Shown here in pieces: positions 1-13,066 of a stretch of DNA of 64,000 bases (position 1 is its first letter; each line of letters begins with the position of its first letter). The notes below the pieces were generated by a model. The model was given only the letters and a program-made list of their open reading frames with translations. It did not search any database and was not told where the DNA came from. The stretch lies in NCBI GenBank assembly GCA_951406725.2, contig OX597819.1:83142001-83206000 (forward strand), in the 5' to 3' direction. The position numbers were made by a program, and so were the translations under genes. The stretch is from Octopus vulgaris. Taxonomy: Eukaryota.

Positions 1-675
1 AAGAGCTCTCCAGATAAACTAACTACAGTGTTTGTAGAATTAATTTTCGTTCCTCAATTTATCAAATAATTATCCGAATATATTAAATATTTCATCAGGA
101 TATTACCATCAACTTTATATTAAGCTTATCAGAACAGTAGTATGCTTCAATTAGTAGAAAAATAATTCATCACTAAACCTAAAGACATTCAGTATTTAAT
201 TTTGTCCTGATATGTGATGAGTTAAGATGTTGTTGTGGATGATATTTCATTCTCACTTCTCTGAAAATTGATATAGTAAGAACATGTCATCTGCTGGAGG
301 AAATTATGCCATGTATTGTAGCCTAAAATTATTTAGTTTTAAATGAATATAAGATATTATTTTCCTCTTGCCACCTTCTGTTAAAATGGTAAATTTACAT
401 TGATATTCTTTTATTGTAAATCCTATTTGTGCACACTTATTCTATCCACTAATAATTTCTGTTCACTTTTAACAATACTTAACTTCTGGAATGGGTACAA
501 AGTCACAAATATTTAGGGGGAAAGTACGGTTGTATGAATCAAACCTACTACATAGCAAGTACTTGTCAGATTCAGAAGATGCAGTCAGGTCCTTTGTTCT
601 CAGCATTACAATTTCTTCTAATCTTTTGTAAAATAAAATGTTGAATTCCTACTTTAATTGCGATATATTTTTTAG

Positions 676-764
676 CACATTGAAAGCATACAAATCAAAT
701 TTAAACAATAAGAATTGCAAGATACCAGACGACATGGAGTCAGAATACAAAGCTTTAAAATGTG
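676..764 (+). CDS. Gene A internal exon (phase 2 to 1) of a Cys-rich, putatively GPI-anchored protein; TLKAYKSNLNNKNCKIPDDMESEYKALKC
   Basis: Bounded by tttttag and GTAAGC. Length 89 nt, the same size and phase as exons 8165-8253 and 62828-62916, with the same final two Cys positions. The gene continues upstream of the window. Confidence 0.75.
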
Positions 765-1197
765 GTAAGCTTCTATACATTTAAATAATATTTGCTATCT
801 TTATTTGATGATTTAGTAACTGATGTCTTGCATTCAGTTCCATAAATCACTAATCTCTCACTCTGTTTTGAGAACTCACTTTATAATAATTTTCAAAGAA
901 CATCATTATAATCATGCAATTTTAGTCATATTGAGCCTACATAGCACTTGTTCAAATGTACTAATTTTAAAGTTCATTTTTTACATTAGATGCAAATAAT
1001 ATGTTCACAAGTTTTTTTTAAAAGATGAAGTAAGAAGAAACACAAAATAATGTACTGTTTATTATTGATGTAAATTCTAGACATAATTCTCTCAATAAAT
1101 AAAACTCAAAACATATTAATGACATTTCAATACAGACTGCAAATCATCCCCTATTAATCATCAACATTCTGGTTTTCATCAAGAACAAAATATGTAA

Positions 1198-1640
1198 CTA
1201 ATATAGAAGATGGGAAAATTTGTAACATCTTCTGCAGGATCTGAATACCTCATATACTATAAACAGTATAGCTGTATTTAAACACTACATCAATGTGACA
1301 TCACAAATTTTGAACAACGAAATTAGTACACTTAGATTAAGTAACTACATTGGAATACCAGTGACCTATCAACAGGGACCTCAGTTCACACAGTGTTCAG
1401 GATATTGCATTATATATATCTAATATAGAAGACGGAAAAAGTTGTGAAACTGTCTATGAGATTCGAGTATCACATCTACAGTAAACCACATAGTTAGTTT
1501 TGGTGCAGCTAACCACTATAACATTGTGATGTTACAATATTTCACCCATTTAGTAGAATTTAATTTAGTAGTTGCAATGATATACTAGTGATCTTTCAAT
1601 GAAGATTTTAATCCACACAGTAGTCAAGATTTAATATGAA
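1198..1640. repeat. Diverged tandem duplication, two units of about 220 bp
   Basis: Both units start ctaatatagaaga(t/c)gg (about 1198 and 1420) and share internal and terminal motifs. Confidence 0.55.
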
Positions 1641-1989
1641 TCACATATCTTAATGTCAGAAAGAACCTGAAAGTGAGTGAAGAAATTTCATAAGAGTTCA
1701 GTGTGGTCCATTTGTTCAAGTGGTTATCATTGATTTCATTATTGGCAAAACAATTTTCACCAACCTTCAAGTTCTTAAAATGTTATATTGTCTGAAAGTT
1801 CTGAGTGTTTTTAAGCTAAATCTTTTAATGCTTCATTGAACACACCTGAAACGTAACACAGTTAAAGCTTTGGTGTTGCTTGAAGTGGTAGGGCATCTCT
1901 TCTTTGTTCCTGACTAAAAAACAGTTTTATCTTTCATTCTGGTTACCCTTTATTGACATTTGAAATGGATAATCAAACATTTCATATTT

Positions 1990-3005
1990 GCATTGTAATG
2001 CTTTTCTTTTTTTGAAAAAGGAGAAAGTTTTGCGAAAACTTGCAAAACATTCGTGAAATTTATGGTAATGATGCTGTAGATGAATCAAATGTTCGAGGAT
2101 GATTTGCAAAGTTTAGAGCTGGAGAGTTTAGCTTGGAAGAAGACAGTTACAGTGGATGACCTTCAAAATTGGATGAAGATGTTTTGAAGGCAAAAATTGA
2201 AGAAAACTCAAATATCACGACTAGAGAACTTGCAGAGGAGTTGGAAGTTTCTAAAAGTATGGCTCATGAACACCTAGTGAAGCTAGGATACATTTCTCAC
2301 TATAATGTATGGGTTACTCACAAACTCTCAGAAAAGAATTGGACCAGTATTCCATTTGTGATATGCTTTTGAAACAGAATGAAAGCATAATTTTTTAAAC
2401 AACTCATGACTGGAGATGAAAAATGGATTGTGTAAGAAAACGTAGTGTGAAAAAACTACTAGGGTTTGCGTGAGGATCCCTCAAAATAGCAATCAGAGAA
2501 AAATATCCATGCCAGAAACCTATGCTTTGTGTTTGGTGGGATCATAAAGACATTATTATGAGCTTCTCCCACAAAACCAGATCATTAATTCTGAGGTGTA
2601 CCATAATCAGCTGGCCAATTTGAGCCCAAAAAATCAAAGAATTGAGGCCTGAGATTACCGGCAGGAAAAGGGTGATGTTCCAACAAGACAATGCCCGATC
2701 ACATGTCTTTGGCTACTCAAACAAAGTTACATGACATTGCACCAACCAGATACCACTTGCTTTTGTCTCTACAGAACTCTAAGAAAAACATTTAACAATT
2801 TAGATGGAGTCAAAATGCATCTAGATAACTTTTTTCTTCAAAACCAGTCAAATTTTATGCTGGTGAAATATTTAAATTGCCTGACAGACGGGCAAAGGTC
2901 ATTAATAATAATGGAAATTATTTCATTGAATACAATTTAGTGAACGGTTATTTATATTCCATTTTTGTATATTAAAAAATGATCAGAACTTTCCCGACAG
3001 CCTTA
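1990..3005 (+). mobile_element. Degenerate mariner (Tc1/mariner) relic
   Basis: HTH-region peptide ITTRELAEELEVSKS..WVTHKLSEKN. Remnants of TGDEKW and FQQDNAR. Right TIR-like cagaactttcccgacagcctta. Confidence 0.8.
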
Positions 3006-4332
3006 TAGTTAATGTTACATGTATAAAAGCAATACTTATAGAACTTTAATTTACTCATCAAAAAATGATGAATGATCATCTAACACTGATAAAATATTAT
3101 ATTTCTGAAAATATTACACTGAGCTGGAATAAAGTCTGTACCATTTTTTCATTTGGAGGGGTTTAAACACAAGGATTCCATTGTTCATGTGGCAGAAGCA
3201 TGACACATATTTTATGAAAGATGATATTTCAACACAACTGTTTATACAACTTCTGTGTGCATAGTTTATTTCTATTGTTTCTATGTTAAAAGGGAAAACA
3301 TAAGAAAATAAGCTTGTCATTTACCATCCTCTTGCTCCCAGAAAGAAAACATCCTGCACAAACAGCTAACAAGATATGTGCAGCTTATGATGCTGGTTCC
3401 ATACGTGAGAGGACTGTTCACAACACAAGTTGTACACTAGGATTAGGAGTGAAAATTTTGATCTGAAAGACTGTAAATATTCAAGACAGCCTAAATATTG
3501 AAATTTTAATAAACCAAATCCAGATTGGATAACTCAGGACATCACAAAGCTACTCCATGTCTCATATGAACATTATAAGGCATTTAAAATCACTTAGATA
3601 TGTGAATTGCTATGATGAAAAAAATCAATTTGTTTAAAATGACAAAATTGGTGTTTTGTAGAGTCAGGGAGCAGAAAAAATTCTCAGTAGCTGTTGAAGG
3701 CAACTTTTTCATGCAACAATTTCCATGGGGAAGACAATATTCTAGTAATTCTACCCAAGTATACCATTTGTCATTACTTATGGGCCTCTTAAAAAGAAGA
3801 CACTAATGCACTTTACTGGTGCCATAATGAATATATTGAATAATGCAAAATTGTGGTTTCATTTTGAACTTAATACGAAGACTATACTTTAGTTTAAGTA
3901 GTAAATGGTATGAAAAGTGCAACATTAGGATGCATAATATAACATTGGTGTCTTTTTCAAGTGGATATTAGTAGAGTACTGTCTCTCGACAATCAAAACA
4001 ATGTCACAGTCTGAATTTGCAGCAGCTTACCTTATTTTCTAAGGTTCTTACAACATAAACCCAAATAAAAATATACATTTCTAATTTGAAGGAAATTGTT
4101 CCTATTGTAGCTTAAAGTGGTATTGTTACGGTTGCAATCTGAATTTAATTTTCCTGTTGTCTTGTTCAAATTGTTTCATTTTATGTACAATATAGATACA
4201 CTTAGGAAATGTAGAGATGTCACATTTTTACAATTTTTGTCTTTAAAATATGCTTGTTACCACTTTTACAGTCTTATCATTTGTTTCATGCTAACAAATA
4301 TGTTATTTCTACATTTTTTTTGCCATATACAG

Positions 4333-4408
4333 ACACTCGTTGCTCGAAAAACTACTTGGTCTGCCCAGCAAATGTGGATGATGATTATAGTAGAAAAAAA
4401 AATTGCGA
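4333..4408 (+). CDS. Gene A internal exon (phase 1 to 2); (D)TRCSKNYLVCPANVDDDYSRKKNC(E)
   Basis: Bounded by tatacag and GTGTGT. Length 76 nt. Joins in frame to both neighbouring exons. The three-Cys pattern matches exon 17759-17843. Confidence 0.75.
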
Positions 4409-5639
4409 GTGTGTATTTCAATTATTATTACTATATGATACTTAACAGGAAATCAGCTAATAGGGTTAAACTTGTCTATATTATAAGAATAAAATCTTCA
4501 TTGCTGCTCAGTCCCAGTTAACACAGGTAGTGCAACTGCAATAGCAATTTATGATATCAATTGAATTTACATACACAGAACACAAGCTAATGTTTGCTGA
4601 AAATGTACTTCAAAGTGAAGTTGTATGTAGTTTTTCAATCATTTGTTTGAAGACTGTTTAACATGAACAAAAGGGAGATCAATGAACATAACTCTTTCAG
4701 ATCTGCCTGTACTGGATAATCAGAGAAATTGAGAACTGAGATTAGTAAGGTTAATGTATAGCTTGAGTTTTCAAATGTTAGTAGGGAGAAAATGTATTTA
4801 TATACTCCAAGAGAATGTGCATTTTAATAGTTTAATTAACACATTAAGTGATAGCTTGTAGAGCTAAACTGGAAAAATAGAAAGCAAGTGAAAGGTATTT
4901 CAGAGAAATTTGTGTTAGAAGTAAAACTAAAGTCAAAGACATGGCAAATATAATAAAGTTGGCTTAAGAGATATTTCAAAACAACTCCTCCAGATTGAGT
5001 AGGAAACAAAATTGAAATGATACAAAGTTAGTAGAGTTGAGTAGGTCATTTGAATTTGGTTATTTTGGTAAATCTAAGTCACAATCATATATTTAGTGAA
5101 GGTTCAGAAAATGCATGATTTGAACAAACAAGGAGTTCCCAGGTGAGTTGTGACATTTACATGTTTTGGTTTCAGTGTATGTTAGATATTTTAGTCTGTT
5201 AAACCAATAAGGAGCACAAGTGGATAGCAGAAAAGTTTAAAATAGGAGGTAGAGAAAAAAGTCAGCGTTTTTGGTAAGTCATCTGAATGGTTATAGATAC
5301 TAATGAAAGAAAAAAATCATATTATTTCGTAGTATTAGGATTATAAACCGCAATTTAGGACAATTTAAGACAAGTCAAAAGATTCCCCTGTTCATCTCAA
5401 ATAGCTGCTTACATTACATATCATTAACATAAAATCTTTCTAATTAATCTATTATATAATCTAATGACATAATGCTTTAAACAAATGCTCTCTAAGCTAC
5501 AGAACATAATCGGGAATATAATCTATTATTCACAAACTATGAAATGGAATCAAAGCTGTAATCCATTACAACTACAACAGTTATTCACAATGTATAAATA
5601 TTTTAAATTTAATGTGTTTCGACACACATACATACATAC

Positions 5640-6055
5640 TTCTTTATTTTCTTTTACTTGTTTTAGTCATTGGACAGAGGTCGTGCTGAGGCATTGCCTT
5701 AAAGGACTTAGTCAAAGAAATCAACCCTAATATTTATTTTTAAATCTGGAATTTATTCTATTGGGCTCTTTTGCCAAACCACTCAGTTAGAGGGATGCAA
5801 ACAAACTAATAAGAGATCAGAAGCAGTGGTGGAGGACAGATGCAAACAAAAAGACACACTCGAAAATATATATACACATGCATACATACAAACACACTCA
5901 CATGCACATGCACACACACACACACACACACACACAATAGGCTTTCGCACAATTTAAATCTAACAAATTCACCACAAGGTGTTGAAAGATCCAAGGCTAG
6001 AGTAGAAGGCTTTACCCAAGGTGTTGTACAGAGAGACCGAACCCAAAACCATCTC
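5640..6055 (-). mobile_element. Diverged tRNA-derived SINE (family 1)
   Basis: Homologous to 23366-23830 in reverse orientation. Confidence 0.6.
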
Positions 6056-7020
6056 GGAATGAGTGCTCAACATCATTGGTGGATAAATATTCCTTATTTG
6101 TGAATAAACAAGGCCTTGTTAATTCAAGTTCACAAATCAAGTACATAAATACACACACACACACATATACACACACATATACACACAATACACACAACAC
6201 ACATATATGTATGTATGTATGTATAATTTTAATGATAGTGACTGAGTTTTGGCCAGTAGTTGGTCTCATCAATCTGCAAATTGTATTCAGATTGTACTGT
6301 TTATATATGCAGGTCTTTCTAGAGATGGCTGGCATTTAGCACAATGCAGAAATTAGTTCACACATTAAAACGTTTGGTGAGGACGTTTGATTATTACCTT
6401 AGTTGGGAGGATAAAAAAAGGTATGATGAAGAAAGGAATAAGATGGATGTGAATATGTGAAAAAAGAAGAGAAAGTTGAAGTGGAAGAAAGGGTAGAAAA
6501 GGCAGAAAAAATTAATAGAAAAAGCAACAAACAATGGTTGCACAAAGAGATGCTGAAGTAAATCAAATATTTGCTTTGTTTTAAATAGGACAAAGTTTAA
6601 TTAAGAAGAGGTATAAAGTATATAAATATATCTAAAAACTCCTCACCACACACACACACGCACATACACACACACATATCAAACAGAAACCAGGTATGGC
6701 ATTCACGACTCTATAGAACATACACATGTTTCAATAATTCACCATCATAATTGCATGACACTTGTATGTAGATACATTATACAATGTTGCAAACATATCA
6801 TCTTTGTCATGCAACAGATACTATAACAAGTATTGAAGGCACAATATATATTCTGTTATGCAAATTATCAACAACCTTATGTGCTACACAATGTTACAGG
6901 AGACAGAGCATCCAAACCATAGTTGTTTGAGTCCAGACATATGATAAAAACATATGATAAAAAAACCTATCACCAATAATAATAATAATCTATAGGAACA
7001 TTTATTTAACTATTATCATT

Positions 7021-7119
7021 AACCTGAAGATTGACTATAATTATAATTCGAATTTTTAATAGAATTTAAACTAATTGTAATTCGAATTGAATTATGGCCA
7101 TGAAACGTACGTAGTGGTT
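7021..7119 (+). ncRNA. Degenerate type I hammerhead ribozyme with long stem II
   Basis: CTGAAGA, an imperfect AT-rich hairpin (TGACTATAATT/AATTATGGCCA), GAAA, palindromic CGTACG, then TA. Stem I is weak. The element ends at (TA)n at about 7380. Confidence 0.5.
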
Positions 7120-7377
7120 TTACTTATATTATATTAAACTTTTTAATATTTTTGATAGCTTAAAAAAATTAATAAATTAAAAACTTAATAACTTAAAAGA
7201 TTAAAAAATTAAAAATTAAAAGTTTAAAAATTTATAAATTTTAAATTTTAAAGATATAAAAATTTAAATTTTAAATTTTATATATTTTGTATATTATATT
7301 AATTATATTTATTTTTATGTTTTGGTTTATGTCTTTCACTGTTTGATTTGCCTAATAGTGGTTTTATCTCTAGTTTA

Positions 7378-7462
<85 letters not shown>

Positions 7463-8164
7463 AACATATATATATTTGTATATATACGCGTATATACACA
7501 CATACACACTTACACGCGCGCGTGTGAGTGTGTGTGTATATATATATACATATATATATATATATTACTGCATATATTTCTCGTCTTCTCTCCAGGGTGT
7601 AGCGCTTCAGTTCTGGTACACTCTCCCTGTAACTCAACTACTTCATCGAGTTAGTCTTCTTTGTGTAGGGGCGCTGGATTGCCTCTAGTTCTGCCACCAA
7701 CTTGACGCTCTGCAGCGACCACTGTTTAGAGCACTAATCTAGACGACTGAGAACAAAAGAGAGCTTTTGAAAAAAGTGTAAATTTTCAGCTGACAAAATA
7801 TTTTGTTAAAATGGCACAAGTTGTATAATGGTATTTTGTAAAGCAGTGCTACAATTTATTTTTAATAATGTTGTATACTTTGATATAAATATCAGGACCA
7901 ACTGTACGAAGTAGCTATTGAAATGTATATATTTCTATTATTGGATTACATTCAACATCTATTTTACCAACAACTGAAGCCGCCAAGATAGTGATCTGTT
8001 CGTTATCGAAATGAACTGTATCTATGCTCGTGTTTACTACAAACTCATTTCTATTAAGTAAAAAGTGACTAGCGATTAAAAGCTGATCAGAAATATAGTT
8101 TATTAACCGACAGTTCCTTAATTGTTTACTTTTGGGTAAGAAATTTATTTTTATTACTTTACAG

Positions 8165-8253
8165 ACGACTATCATATGCCGTTGAGTGTTCGAAGAATAC
8201 TGTCTGTCCTACATCACAGAAAACCCATGATCTATACGCTTTTTATGGATGTG
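8165..8253 (+). CDS. Gene A internal exon (phase 2 to 1); RLSYAVECSKNTVCPTSQKTHDLYAFYGC
   Basis: Bounded by ctttacag and GTAGGT. Length 89 nt. Aligns codon for codon with paralogous exon 62828-62916 (-). Confidence 0.85.
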
Positions 8254-8429
8254 GTAGGTATTTCCTCTTTCAATGATATTTTTAATAACTCCGGGAAAAT
8301 ATTGTTTTTAAAAAATGTTAATATACAAGGCGGTGCCCCAGCATGACCGCAGTTAAATGGCTGAAACAAGTAAAAGATAAATAATAAGAATATTCCTACA
8401 AAAAAATAATAAATTCAAATTCATATGAG

Positions 8430-8810
8430 TTATTAATATTGACTTCAAATCTTGGCACAAGGCCAGCAATTTTCGGGTGAAGGGGTAAGTCGATTGCCTC
8501 GACCTCATGTACTCAACTGAAACTTAATTGATTGACTCCGAAAGGATGACAAGTAAAGTCGTACTAGGTGATAAAGTCGAACTCAGGAGGTGAAGACGGA
8601 CAAAATACCGCAAAATATTTTGCCCGACCTGCTAACGACTGTCAGTTACTGTTATCAGAAATATAAGGTGACGAGCTGGAATAATCGTTAGCACGCCGGA
8701 CAAAATGTTCTGAATTCAAATTCCGCCAATGTCAACTTTGCTTTACATCCTTACGGAATCAATAAATTAAATGCCAGTTGGGCACTGAGGATGATTACAC
8801 TAAAATCTGA
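8430..8810. mobile_element. Two head-to-head fragments of SINE family 2
   Basis: Homologous to the gcgagctggcagaatcgttagcac..caaaatg repeat also seen at about 18590, 27790, 45915-46115, 56330-56465 and 62638. Confidence 0.6.
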
Positions 8811-9540
8811 AACCAATATTATCAAGAAATATAGCTTTAGCTATACTTAAGAGCAGTTATATGTAGCTTTTTGTCAAAATTCATCAGAAATGCATTTTCA
8901 ACAAATTCTTACTGTGCTTCTATGACTGAAGTACATTCATAAAAACCTAATAATGCCATTATGAAATACATTTTAAATAATTTCTTTTTTTTTTTTTTTG
9001 CATTTAAACATAAATTATATAAATTTTCTGAAGCTTCACTGACTTTTTACCAAAAGTGACTTTAATGTTATGAGTGTTTAATGGCCAAGATAGATTCAGC
9101 TTCTTATTTATTTTTCCGGTCCAAGAAGCTTTGGGTTGCACTTCTATAAATGGAGTGCATTTTCGGAAAGCCTTCCAGGATAGCGTACACGTGGACTCAA
9201 ACACCCCACATACAATATACCTTTATATATTCATCGTTGTTTTCACGTCTACTTATCCATGGATCAGAGTTTACTGAAGCAAATTTTCTACACCTGGATG
9301 CCATTCCTGTCACAACCCCTCATCTGTTTCCAAGCAGGTGGCCAGACATGCTTTTGCAGATGATTGGAAATAACATTAATTTACAACAATCTTATGATTT
9401 CAAGAGAAGAAAACACAAATATATATATGTATATATATATATATATATATATGTATAAGGGTGGAAAGGAACACACGAGTTGATATATATGAAAAAACAA
9501 GTCAAAAATAGAAAATGCTAAGATAATTTTATAGTGAATC

Positions 9541-9584
9541 TTTCAGTACCGGTTTCGGTCATTTTGAGACCTTTTCAACTGTAA
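9541..9584 (-). ncRNA. Hammerhead ribozyme, U3-A8 core variant
   Basis: Mirror copy of 9815-9858. Confidence 0.7.
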
Positions 9585-9814
9585 CGATTAAATAATTAAA
9601 TTTAGAAAAATTAGAAGAAAAGTTTTTTTAAAAGAATATTTCTATAGTAGCGTTCAGATATAAGTGGCATTCTGCCTTTCTTGACCTCGAACACACAAGT
9701 GCAAACAAGGGAGTCAGAGAAAGGCAGAATGCCACTTATATCTGAACACTACTATAGAAATATTCTTTTAAAAAAACTTTTCTTCTAATTTTTCTAAATT
9801 TAATTATTTAATCG

Positions 9815-9858
9815 TTACAGTTGAAAAGGTCTCAAAATGACCGAAACCGGTACTGAAA
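9815..9858 (+). ncRNA. Hammerhead ribozyme, U3-A8 core variant
   Basis: CAG TTGAAAA GGTC-tcaaaat-GACC GAAA CCGG TA CTG gives stem I CAG/CTG, stem II GGTC/GACC, a palindromic stem III and a GUA site. Confidence 0.72.
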
Positions 9859-9908
9859 GATTCACTATAAAATTATCTTAGCATTTTCTATTTTTGACTT
9901 GTTTTTTC

Positions 9909-9957
<49 letters not shown>

Positions 9958-10469
9958 CATATTCATATTCATGCATACATGCAAACATTCATATGTGTGT
10001 GTATATATATACATATATGTATGTGTGTCTATGTGTGCGTAAACGCTATCGACTACACATAGTCAATGTATGTGTTTGATTTGTTCTCTGGTTCGCTGCT
10101 GTATAGCGTTTGGAGGATAACGTTCTCGTAAATATGGGTGTTAAAACACCTGAAAGTCATAGACAGGCGAGAATCGTACCTGAATCGAACTGGGGAGGAA
10201 TCAAATCACCATTCTGTGACTATATATGAATAGTGTTGATAAACTACAAAAATAGCAAACTATCAGTATCCATAACTCCTGAATTCGAATGAGTTCTCTC
10301 GTCTGTCGATGATTTTCCTGTGTTTTAACACCCAGTATTATGAGGGAGTTATCCCGCAAGTATTATACTGCAGTGAACCGGCGAACAAACGAAACACACA
10401 TTGCGTATGTGCGGTCGATAATGTTTACAAAACTAATGCTGCTTTTTAATTCGTTATTGAATGCATATA

Positions 10470-10600
10470 CACACAACGGGTTTCTTTCAGCTTCCACCCA
10501 TAAGACTTTGGTCGGCCCAAGGCTATAGTAGAAGACAGTTGCCCAGTAGGACAGAACATGAAAACATGATTTGGAAACAAACTTATTAAACACACATCTG
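10470..10600 (-). mobile_element. SINE family 1 fragment
   Basis: ctttggtcggcccaaggctatagtagaagaca core shared with the other copies. Confidence 0.65.
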
Positions 10601-10723
10601 TGCTAACTATATGTGTGTGTGTGTGTATATGTATGTATGTATGAATGTATGTATGCATGTACGTGTATGCATGCGTGTGCGTGTGAGTGTGCCTGTGTGT
10701 GTATATATATATATATGTATATA

Positions 10724-10755
<32 letters not shown>

Positions 10756-10976
10756 ACTAATGTAGGATAAAAAGTTTTTCGGGAAAAAAATTTTTATCAA
10801 TGGCCAGCATATCAAAAAATACCTTTAAAGGTTAAATTTATAAATAATTTACAAGATAAGGGCAAAAGAAAAATTCTAATGCCAAATATGCCGAAAAAAA
10901 GACAAAAATTGTCAATAACCATTATAATTTATGCGTCTCGAAACAAACCGATAGAAATTTCTTTAAAAATCCGTTA

Positions 10977-11036
10977 TTACCGTATTGGTCCAATTTCGGA
11001 GTTAATTCATAAGAATTTTCCCCTCTTCAGCGATAA
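10977..11036 (-). ncRNA. Type I hammerhead ribozyme (canonical core)
   Basis: Minus strand TTATCG CTGAAGA GGGG-aaaattcttatgaattaa-CTCC GAAA TTGG-a-CCAA TA CGGTAA. Confidence 0.88.
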
Positions 11037-11443
11037 ATACGTGAGATATAAGTGAAATACTTACTCATACCCATGGAAAAAGCAAGCACTAAGTCCTGAG
11101 CAGACCTAAGTACCCCAAATATATCCAAAATAGAAAATCTTCGGCACATCTCGAGACACGTGTGATTCGAAATAGAAACTTTCACAGAGTGAGAGAATCC
11201 GGGAGTGAACACTATTCAATTTATAACTAATGTAGGATAAAATTTTTTTCGGGAAAAAATTTTTTTCAATGGCCAGCATATCAAAAAATACCTTCAAAGG
11301 TTAAATTTATAAATAATTTACAAGATAAGGGCAAAAGAAAAATTCTAATGCCAAATATGCCGAAAAAAGACAAAAATTGTCAATAACCATTATAATTTAT
11401 GCGTCTCGAAACAAACCGATAGAAATTTCTAAAAAATCCGTTA

Positions 11444-11503
11444 TTACCGTATTGGTCCAATTTCGGAGTTAATTCATAAGAATTTTCCCCTCTTCAGCGA
11501 TAA
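11444..11503 (-). ncRNA. Type I hammerhead ribozyme (canonical core), second copy
   Basis: Identical to 10977-11036. Confidence 0.88.
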
Positions 11504-11526
11504 ATACGTAAACACAGAATATACGT

Positions 11527-11594
<68 letters not shown>

Positions 11595-11599
<5 letters not shown>

Positions 11600-12330
11600 G
11601 GTTAACGCCGTTAGTAGGAAAGATTAGGAAGGTAACAGATTTGGTACCGCAGTGACTGGCTGAAGGAGTGGTGGGATTGGCGACAGAGAGAATGGCAGAA
11701 GGCAGTCTGACAGAAGACAGAAACAGGAGAACAGCAAACACAGAATATACGTTAATCTGCTCTTCTACGGAAAAGAGGTAGAGAAAAGTTTAAAATCAGC
11801 ATTTATAGATTTGACCTCCCCGTTAGAATCAGGAAACGGGGCCACACAACGTCTCACACACCAGTAACACACCGGACGCATGCTGTTTAAATCAATATCC
11901 AGTCATAACAGTGCAACCAATAAACAGCGTCCGGGTGTGTTTTACATGATGCACTCTTACGTGGCGACTTATATAGGATCAACCAGAAGACACTTTCACC
12001 TTAAAGTGAAGAACACATCCACAAGGTTATATCACACATTGGCATGTTGTGGGGACTTCACCCGGATACTGGTGAGGGGAATGGATACAGTTAAGCTCAT
12101 GATCATAGAGGCTCACTTCATTAGGAAGAAACACCTAGCCTGAACCGCCCTAAATGGGCTGGATGCATGGAAACACATATGCTGCTCCTAGGATCTTTAG
12201 TAGCCATCATCAAGACAGAACGAAAAATAAGCTATTACTCCCAGCAACAAGGCTTTCATATATCTGTTTTTTTATCTAGCTAGCTGATAATATCAAGGCA
12301 ATGAAGATTTTAGAAATTTTTAATACCAGT
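11595..12330 (+). mobile_element. Penelope-like element relic (GIY-YIG endonuclease)
   Basis: ORF 11880-12143 contains GVFY...TYIGSTRRH...KLMIIEAHFIRK. Begins at (TA)n. Confidence 0.7.
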
Positions 12331-12379
12331 GACCTAGCGTATAGAAAAATTAGTCAATAGACTATATATTGTTCATATA

Positions 12380-12655
12380 AAATACAGTGTACATTTAAAC
12401 ACATTAAGAGGTTTCCATCATGGGAATCCTTTACGCTAGAAAGAACAGCTAAAGTCCAAACCACTTGTTAGGGATAAATTCTTGAAGGGAATGAAAAATA
12501 AAAGCATTTACCATAAAGAGATGGTAAATGTTTTTATTTTTCATTCTCTTCAAGAATTTATCCCTAATTTGTGGTTTGGACTTTAGCTGTTCTTTCTAGC
12601 GTCAAAGATTCATATGATGGAAACCACTTAATGTGTTTAAATCTACACTGTATTT
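12380..12655. repeat. Imperfect long hairpin (arms about 135 bp, loop aaagag)
   Basis: aatacagtgt...catttaccat pairs with atggtaaatg...acactgtatt. Confidence 0.88.
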
Positions 12656-12975
12656 TACATCTATCTATCTAGCTATCTGTCTGTCAATTTCTTATCTGTC
12701 TGTCTATCTTTTTATCTACCTATCTACTTTTATATCTACTTATATCCTTAAATCTATTACAGAAAATTAAACCTCCTCATATCTCCTTGTACTCTACAAT
12801 CATTTTATTGTATTTTATCTAATTCCATCTAGATTTATTTTATTCCACTCTCTTCCTTTACCTTCCTAACTTCTCCGACTAACAGCGTTACCCTGTTATC
12901 TTACTATACTCTAATTATGTTGCCTGAGATACACAAACATTTTGTGTGTGTTTGTGTGTGTGAGAGAGAGAGTGT

Positions 12976-13007
<32 letters not shown>

Positions 13008-13066
13008 AGACGATATATTTATATCAGTATAGACTGGTAGACTGAGTGTGTATATTTGAAGGCATA

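Larger units (their letters stand above)
9483..9916. repeat. Inverted duplication (arms about 200 bp, spacer about 38 bp) of a ribozyme-bearing element in (TA)n
   Basis: 9483-9680 is the near-perfect reverse complement of 9719-9916. Confidence 0.92.
10753..11509 (-). mobile_element. Retrozyme-like non-coding element: about 290-bp direct repeats, each with a hammerhead, 467-nt period
   Basis: 10753-11042 is repeated at 11221-11509 almost identically. Flanked by (TA)n. Confidence 0.85.

Noticed and set aside
12283-12330. CTGATAA...GAAA hammerhead-like motif after the GIY-YIG relic
   Set aside because: The core is mismatched (C3 with A8) and the stems are poor, so it cannot be distinguished from chance.
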